A DNA stretch of 32,000 bases from Synechococcus sp. A15-24. GTDB lineage: Bacteria; Cyanobacteriota; Cyanobacteriia; PCC-6307; Cyanobiaceae. Below are positions 26,706 through 32,000 of this stretch, one piece after another. The DNA lies in assembly GCF_014280195.1 (NCBI RefSeq), contig NZ_CP047960.1, positions 1,140,001-1,172,000 of the forward strand, given 5' to 3'. Made by a program: the position numbers and the translations under genes. The notes beneath the pieces are model-generated. The model saw nothing but the letters and a program-made list of their open reading frames with translations, was not told where the DNA came from and ran no database searches. Position 1 is the stretch's first letter. Each line of letters starts with the position of its first letter.

Positions 26706-27760
26706 GGCAAATAACGTCTGAGATGATTGCCGTGGTGGGCCGCCGCGGCACGAATCCGTTCAATCTGATCAGAATCCGCCGGAGTATCCATAGCCTCTCG
26801 CCATTGCTTCAGCAGCGTCTGCTCATCCGGCAGCGCATCGAGAGAGCTGCAGGGAACTCCCGCCATGGCAGCCGCGGCTTCAACCTTCGGGTCATAACTC
26901 AGGGCCGCCATCGGACAGAGCGCGAGTCGGGCCAGGATCAATGCATGGAGTCGCATCGGAATAACCAGGCGTGCTTTGCGGACTGAGGCAAAGACCGTTT
27001 CGAGAGACGATGGAATCACCGTTGTAGAACGTGAATGCAGGCCTGGCGGGACCGCCCCTTGATCGGTGAGCCAGTCGAGCAACGCGCCGTCCTGATGGCG
27101 ATGAAACGCCAACCATCGGACCGGGGCATCAAGGTCCTCCGCCAGCCGACTCAGAGCATTCAGCAACAGAGACCACCCCTGCATTCCAAGCAGTGGCGAA
27201 GGGCGCCAGCACACCACAATCGATTGGCCTCCAGACCAGGGCTTTCGGGGCAATCCCCAGACCGGGTCAGGGGCGAGCTGCATAGGCATCCGAGGAGCCC
27301 AACGGCTGGCACGATCCATGGACGCCTGATCCCGCCAGCTGGCACTGCGGCAAACCGGGAGAACCAGGCGCACCAACCTGCGGCTGAGCGGACGTTGCAG
27401 CGGTCCAAGTCCCTGACCCCAGAGCAGCACCGGCCGACCCCGCAATCGCGCCATGGCGATGATCAGCAGGTAGTAGATCAGGCTGCGGAAACTGGTGCTG
27501 TCCTGAAGCAGGCTGCCGCCACCGAACACCACCGCGTCGACCCGTCCAATGGACCGCAGCACAGAACGGAGGGAGCGACGATCTACCGCCTCGGCATCTG
27601 GTGCCAGTGCGGCAAGGGCATCGGCGTCATGGGCTGTGACGAGCTGACGACTGGGGGAAGGCAACTCCCTGAGCAGCACGGCCAGCAGGGCGTCATCCCC
27701 GAGGTTGTTCTCGCCGTAGTAGCCACAGAGGAGATATGCCGGAACGGATCTGGCAGCCAC
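26696..27760 (-). CDS. csaB: Polysaccharide pyruvyl transferase CsaB
   Basis: The N-terminus YLLCGYYGENNLGDDALLAVLLREL and the central GGGSLLQDSTS are typical of CsaB-type pyruvyl transferases. Length 354 aa. Confidence 0.85.
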   Translation of the reverse strand: MAARSVPAYLLCGYYGENNLGDDALLAVLLRELPSPSRQLVTAHDADALAALAPDAEAVDRRSLRSVLRSIGRVDAVVFGGGSLLQDSTSFRSLIYYLLIIAMARLRGRPVLLWGQGLGPLQRPLSRRLVRLVLPVCRSASWRDQASMDRASRWAPRMPMQLAPDPVWGLPRKPWSGGQSIVVCWRPSPLLGMQGWSLLLNALSRLAEDLDAPVRWLAFHRHQDGALLDWLTDQGAVPPGLHSRSTTVIPSSLETVFASVRKARLVIPMRLHALILARLALCPMAALSYDPKVEAAAAMAGVPCSSLDALPDEQTLLKQWREAMDTPADSDQIERIRAAAAHHGNHLRRYLPQR

Positions 27761-27820
27761 GGGACTGACCTCCGTGAGAGAGGCTCATTATCAACCGAAC
27801 ACTCTGATTAGGCTGAATAC

Positions 27821-28099
27821 ATGCATGCCTTGTCCCTCGGCACCTGGTGGATCCATGTCACCTCGGTGATCGAGTGGAGCCTGGCCATCGTCCTGATTCA
27901 ACGCCGGGGCCTGAAGTGGCTGGCCTTGGCCATGGTGCCGGCACTGATCAGTGCCATGGCGGCATGCACCTGGCACCTGTTCGACAACAGTGAGGCCCTT
28001 CGCCCACTTGTGACCTTGCAAGCAGCGCTCACCCTCATCGGAAACATGGTCTTGGCCTGGGCAGCGTGGTCGCTCCTGCAACGCCGAGCGACGAGCTGA
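27821..28099 (+). CDS. DUF2499 (Ycf49-like) membrane protein
   Basis: 92 aa with 3 predicted TM segments. MHALSLGTWWIHVTSVIEWSLAIVLI resembles the conserved Ycf49/DUF2499 N-terminus. Confidence 0.7.
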   Translation: MHALSLGTWWIHVTSVIEWSLAIVLIQRRGLKWLALAMVPALISAMAACTWHLFDNSEALRPLVTLQAALTLIGNMVLAWAAWSLLQRRATS

Positions 28100-28102
28100 G
28101 TC

Positions 28103-28399
28103 ATGGATTTTGACCCCGCACCGCTGTTCGCTCTGTCGCTACTGCCCTATCTGTTGTTTCTCCGTTGGCTTCAACGCAGCGAGGCCCTGCCTGAACTTGC
28201 AGTCTGGGGGTTCCGACTGACACTGCTGTTTGTCCTCATGACCATAATCGCCGCTGTCTTTGCCTTGCGCTGCTGCAATGCGGAGCTGGTGGCGGTGGAT
28301 GGCCTGCATGGCGGAGCGGAAGCTTTTCTCACCCTGGCCAATGCTGTTCTGGTGATTGGGCTGCTCCGCTCCGAGGCCGACAGGGTGAACAACTCTTAA
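28103..28399 (+). CDS. DUF3593 membrane protein
   Basis: 98-aa hydrophobic protein containing LFALSLLPYLLFLRWLQRS. It starts 3 nt after the DUF2499 gene. As I recall, the DUF2499/DUF3593 pairing is common in cyanobacteria. Confidence 0.65.
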   Translation: MDFDPAPLFALSLLPYLLFLRWLQRSEALPELAVWGFRLTLLFVLMTIIAAVFALRCCNAELVAVDGLHGGAEAFLTLANAVLVIGLLRSEADRVNNS

Positions 28400-28456
28400 G
28401 AGGAGAAGACAGAAGTCCCCGGAGCTCGGAAGATGAAGCGTCGCTCATTGGCTTGA

Positions 28457-28714
28457 ATGCTGACCCCTCTCTTCGCCATCGCCCCCGCAACCGTGACCTG
28501 GTCTCCCAAGGTTGCGCTGGTGATGATCGTTTGCAACGTGATCGCCATCGCTGTGGGCAAGGCCACCATCAAGCTCCCCAACGAAGGCGCCAAGCTGCCT
28601 AACGCGGCTTTCTTCGGCGGCATGGGTCACGCTGCACTGCTGGGTACCACCAGCCTTGGCCACATCATCGGCATCGGCGCCATTCAGGGTCTTGCTGCCC
28701 GCGGCGTCCTCTGA
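28457..28714 (+). CDS. psaK: Photosystem I reaction centre subunit PsaK
   Basis: 85 aa. WSPKVALVMIVCNVIAIAVGK and GHIIGIGAIQGLAARGVL are PsaK-like, forming two TM helices. Confidence 0.9.
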   Translation: MLTPLFAIAPATVTWSPKVALVMIVCNVIAIAVGKATIKLPNEGAKLPNAAFFGGMGHAALLGTTSLGHIIGIGAIQGLAARGVL

Positions 28715-28727
28715 GAGGTGACGGTCC

Positions 28728-29891
28728 TCAGTTGAGGTACGGCAGCAATCGCCAGCCGTAACGCTCAAATCGATACCCGAATAAAAGCTCGGACAGGTGC
28801 TCGGCAGAGGTCTGTCCGGACAAACCATGGATGAGCCGTTGCATGCGGTGATCGGCCTCAGGCGTGTTCAGGCCCCACCACGTTCGCCGAGCCAAGCGAT
28901 TAGACACCGCCCATCGCCAACCATATCGCTGTCTCAGTGCAGCCTGATAGCCCCGGTGGGAACGACCTGAGAGCAGGCTTTCGCTCAAGACTGATGCGCT
29001 GTCAATGGCGTGGCGGATCCCCTCGCCTCCGAGCAGATTGGCGGTACCCGCGGCATCGCCAACGGCCCAGAGGGCGCCTGTGCCATGGGGTTGTTGCTGT
29101 CTGATCGTGCTGGCGACACGTCCACCGTGACGATCCAGCACCGGCAGCCGGTCGAGATCACAACGTTTCAGTAACCGTTGCAGAGATGTCCCGAGGGGAA
29201 CCTTGGGCTGATCGGGAGGTGCCAAACGGCAAACCCCCACCTTGAGCCGATCCTGGGCCATCGGAAACACCCAGCCGTACCCATGGGGCATCCACTCACG
29301 GCCCAGCATGAAACTGACCCGCTCACGCCAGCGTGCTGTGTTGCCACGGTCTCCCTGAAGCAGCCACTCCACACCGTCTCCTTTGAGCAAGGGGTCGTCT
29401 GTGGACTCAACAGGGACGCCGGCCTGCTTCAGCAGATGTCGACCTGGCCCTGTGGCATCCACCACGAGGTCGACCGTTCGATGCTGCTGTTGATCAGCTG
29501 AGGTCAGGATCAGGTCGGCCGACCGTGCCTCCAGGCGATCAAGCTGCACCCGCCAACCGTTCAACAGCTCAACGCCTGACCGCCGGGCCTGGTCCCAGAG
29601 ATGTCGTCTGAAGGCGGCGAAGTCGAGCACCACCCCCTGCGGATCAGCCGCCCACCACTGGTGTTCAAGACCATCAGGATCCAACAGCTGCCATCCCCAC
29701 CAGATAGTGGAGCGACACGCCCCGGGAATGCCCAGACGATCGGCATCGGCTAGGGGTAGCGCGGCGCTCGAATAAGCATTGCGCTCAGGAGAAGGCAAAG
29801 CATCGGCGAGGGTCACCGCCCAGCCCGCTTCAGCGACTTGAACAGCCAGGCTGGCGCCAGCCGGGCCTGCCCCAGCGATCAGAACACGCAC
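28728..29891 (-). CDS. FAD-dependent oxidoreductase, geranylgeranyl reductase family
   Basis: Contains MRVLIAGAGPAGASLA (the GxGxxG FAD-binding fold), HGYGWVFP and AVGDAAGTANLLGGEGIRHA, motifs typical of geranylgeranyl reductase-like flavoproteins. It starts 18 nt downstream of dxs on the same strand. Confidence 0.8.
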   Translation of the reverse strand: MRVLIAGAGPAGASLAVQVAEAGWAVTLADALPSPERNAYSSAALPLADADRLGIPGACRSTIWWGWQLLDPDGLEHQWWAADPQGVVLDFAAFRRHLWDQARRSGVELLNGWRVQLDRLEARSADLILTSADQQQHRTVDLVVDATGPGRHLLKQAGVPVESTDDPLLKGDGVEWLLQGDRGNTARWRERVSFMLGREWMPHGYGWVFPMAQDRLKVGVCRLAPPDQPKVPLGTSLQRLLKRCDLDRLPVLDRHGGRVASTIRQQQPHGTGALWAVGDAAGTANLLGGEGIRHAIDSASVLSESLLSGRSHRGYQAALRQRYGWRWAVSNRLARRTWWGLNTPEADHRMQRLIHGLSGQTSAEHLSELLFGYRFERYGWRLLPYLN

Positions 29892-29909
29892 TGGAGAACA
29901 GCCGTGCGT

Positions 29910-31841
29910 TCAGGGTTGAATCGCCGATACCGATGCAGTACCGGCGAAGTCACGTCTGCCCAGTTCAAAACGGCGACGGATGCGCTCAGCCATTTGAACA
30001 GGTATCAGCCCCAGCGACTCCTTGCTCTGCTGCGGCGTGGCGTGGTCGACCATCTTGTCGGGAATACCGATCCGCAGCAGCGGAACACTGATGTCCTGAT
30101 CGGACAACGACTCGAGCACTGCTGCACCAAATCCACCGGCCAGAGCGCCCTCTTCCATGGTGACCACGCGACGGATGCGCCGTGCCAACGGATGAATCAA
30201 AGCTTGATCCAGGGGCCGCAGGAAACGGCCGTTGATCACCGTGGTGGAAAGGCCAGCTTCCTCAAGCAGGGTGGCGGTGTCCAGAGCCGGGTACACCATC
30301 GAGCCATAGGCCACGATCAGCAGATCATCCCCTTCACGCAACAGCTCACCGCGACCGATCGGGAGTGCTTCCCAGCCCTCCTCCATCAAAGGCATGCCGA
30401 CCCCTGATCCACGGGGGATGCGCAGAGCTGTGGGTCCGTCGTGGTTCAGACAGGTCACCAGCATCCGCTGGAGTTCCGCCTCATCCTTGGGCGCCATCAC
30501 CGTGAAGTTGGGGATGGATCGCATGTAGCTGATGTCGTACTGACCCTGGTGCGTCGGTCCATCAGCACCGACGATGCCGGCCCGATCGAGCACGAAGGTC
30601 ACCGGCAGGTTCTGGATGCCGACGTCATGGATGAGTTGGTCGTAGGCGCGCTGCAGGAAGGTGCTGTAAATGGCCACAACAGGCCGCAGACCTTCACAGG
30701 CCATACCTGCCGCCAAGGTGACCGCGTGTTGTTCGGCGATGCCGACATCCACGTACTGCTTAGGAACAGCTTTCTGCAGCAGATCCAGGCCGGTTCCAGT
30801 GGCCATGGCGGCGGTGATGCCCACCACGCGGCTGTTCTGTTCGCAGAGCTTGACCAGGGTCTGGCCGAACACCTTGCTGTAACTGGCAGGTTTCGGTTTC
30901 TTCGACGGAATGGCCTTACCGGTGCTCAGATCAAAAGCGGACTGGGCGTGATAGCCGACCTGATCCGCCTCGGCATAGGGGTAACCCTTTCCTTTCTTGG
31001 TGACGACATGAACCAGAACGGGGCCACCATCACGGTGGGCTGCCTGGAAGGTCCGCATCATTTCACCGATGTCATGGCCATCGATCGGCCCCATGTAGGT
31101 AAAGCCCAGCTCTTCAAACACGGCACCCACCTTGGGAACCGCGAGACGACGCATGCTGCCCTTCAGGCGGTTCAACTCAGCGGGGAGCTCGCCACCCATG
31201 AAGGGAAGATGGCGAACGCTTTCCTCAACACTGCCTGAGAGGAACTGCATCGGCGGACTGAGCCGTGCTCGGTTCAGAACGTTCGATAGGGCACCCACCG
31301 GGGGGGAGATCGACATGTCGTTGTCGTTGAGGACAACGAGCAAGGGGGTTTCGGGGAGATGTCCGGCGTGGTTGATCGCTTCCAGCGCCATCCCACCGGT
31401 GAGAGCACCATCGCCGATCACGGCGACGCACTTGAAGTCCTCACCGCGGTTATCCCGGGCCATCGCCATGCCCAGCGCTGCTGAAATAGACGTGCTGGCA
31501 TGACCAGCACCGAAATGGTCAAAATTGCTTTCGGAGCGTTTGAGGTACCCGGCAACCCCGTTCTGCTGGCGAAGGGTATGGAAGTCGTTGAAACGACCGG
31601 TGATCAATTTGTGTGGATACGCCTGGTGCCCGACATCCCAGATGACCCGGTCCCGATCCAGATCGAGGGTCTGGTAGAGCGCCAGGGTGAGCTCCACCAC
31701 CCCCAGGCCAGGGCCGAGATGGCCGCCACTGGTGGAGACCACCTGAAGATGACGCTCTCGAATCTGACGAGCGACATCCTCAAGCTCAGACAGCTTGAGG
31801 CCGTGCAGCTCATTCGGATGCGTCAGATCTCCGAGATGCAT
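29910..31841 (-). CDS. dxs: 1-deoxy-D-xylulose-5-phosphate synthase
   Basis: Contains [41 protein letters not shown] (the TPP-binding motif) and [15 protein letters not shown]. Length 643 aa. Confidence 0.95.
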   Translation of the reverse strand: MHLGDLTHPNELHGLKLSELEDVARQIRERHLQVVSTSGGHLGPGLGVVELTLALYQTLDLDRDRVIWDVGHQAYPHKLITGRFNDFHTLRQQNGVAGYLKRSESNFDHFGAGHASTSISAALGMAMARDNRGEDFKCVAVIGDGALTGGMALEAINHAGHLPETPLLVVLNDNDMSISPPVGALSNVLNRARLSPPMQFLSGSVEESVRHLPFMGGELPAELNRLKGSMRRLAVPKVGAVFEELGFTYMGPIDGHDIGEMMRTFQAAHRDGGPVLVHVVTKKGKGYPYAEADQVGYHAQSAFDLSTGKAIPSKKPKPASYSKVFGQTLVKLCEQNSRVVGITAAMATGTGLDLLQKAVPKQYVDVGIAEQHAVTLAAGMACEGLRPVVAIYSTFLQRAYDQLIHDVGIQNLPVTFVLDRAGIVGADGPTHQGQYDISYMRSIPNFTVMAPKDEAELQRMLVTCLNHDGPTALRIPRGSGVGMPLMEEGWEALPIGRGELLREGDDLLIVAYGSMVYPALDTATLLEEAGLSTTVINGRFLRPLDQALIHPLARRIRRVVTMEEGALAGGFGAAVLESLSDQDISVPLLRIGIPDKMVDHATPQQSKESLGLIPVQMAERIRRRFELGRRDFAGTASVSAIQP

Positions 31842-31921
31842 GCACCATCCGCTCCAGGTCTTGCAATCTACGGCGTCCTTTCCTTAGGACCGTTAGCCCT
31901 GAACATGGGGAGAATGGAGGG

Positions 31922-32000
31922 ATGACCGACTATCTCCAGCGGATCCTGCGGGCTCGCGTTTACGACGTCGCGCGGGAGACGCCGCTTGACCCTGCCCCAA
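31922..32000 (+). CDS. ilvA: Threonine ammonia-lyase (biosynthetic threonine dehydratase), 5' fragment continuing off the window
   Basis: MTDYLQRILRARVYDVARETPLDPAP matches the conserved IlvA N-terminus (YL..IL.A.VYDVA.ETPL). Only 26 codons are visible. Confidence 0.6.
   Translation, partial: MTDYLQRILRARVYDVARETPLDPAP

Noticed and set aside
27035-31238. Plus-strand ORFs 27035-27811 (258 aa) and 30441-31238 (265 aa)
   Set aside because: They are antisense to csaB and dxs respectively, with low-complexity Arg/Gln/His-rich translations. I treat them as shadow ORFs.
1-32000. Window-wide search for CRISPR repeats, IS or transposase genes, integrases, phage genes, toxin-antitoxin or restriction-modification modules, and abundant HIP1 (GCGATCGC) palindromes
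   Set aside because: No direct-repeat arrays or inverted terminal repeats were seen, and no ORF has transposase, integrase or nuclease motifs. GCGATCGC was noticed only twice, near 11321 and 24143, so there is no HIP1 enrichment. The window appears to be syntenic core genome rather than an accessory island.

Overview
This window looks like an ordinary chromosomal core region of a high-GC marine picocyanobacterium, probably Synechococcus-like. That assignment is an inference from gene content: psaK, ycf35, a ycf49-like pair, ggpS, an Fed2-type ferredoxin and a dnaK/dnaJ paralog pair. It is densely packed with about 36 protein genes and one tRNA-Ser(GGA), nearly all recognisable housekeeping functions. 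From left to right these are: ycf35, purN, argC, ribBA, cyclophilin, mtnP, murQ, DUF3110, a J-domain protein, a DnaK paralog, pstCAB, tRNA-Ser, a 2Fe-2S ferredoxin, an IMPase-family gene, hisZ, a 4Fe-4S ferredoxin, htpG, rpmB, a Tat-signal PrxQ, ggpS with a CUT1 sugar ABC transporter (ggtBCDA-like), a frameshifted RCK/TrkA channel-like gene, an orphan PstS-like lipoprotein, csaB, DUF2499/DUF3593, psaK, a geranylgeranyl-reductase-like flavoprotein, dxs and the start of ilvA. I found no CRISPR array, transposase, integrase, phage gene or recognisable defence or toxin module. I cannot honestly point to a clear novel multi-gene system. The best candidate is the osmoadaptation block at 18345-25606. 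There, ggpS, four ABC transporter genes and an RCK-domain two-TM channel-like gene are chained by overlapping stop/start codons. The channel-like gene is broken by two apparent -1 frameshifts at C-runs and has a degenerate pore motif. Secondary leads are an IMPase-family gene between an Fed2-type ferredoxin and hisZ (possible missing histidinol-phosphate phosphatase), a visibly AT-richer orphan PstS-like lipoprotein 13 kb downstream of pstCAB, a 133-aa uncharacterised C-terminal extension on RibBA, and three convergent gene pairs that each overlap by exactly 10 nt. All start codons are judged by eye and several are uncertain by 10-30 codons.
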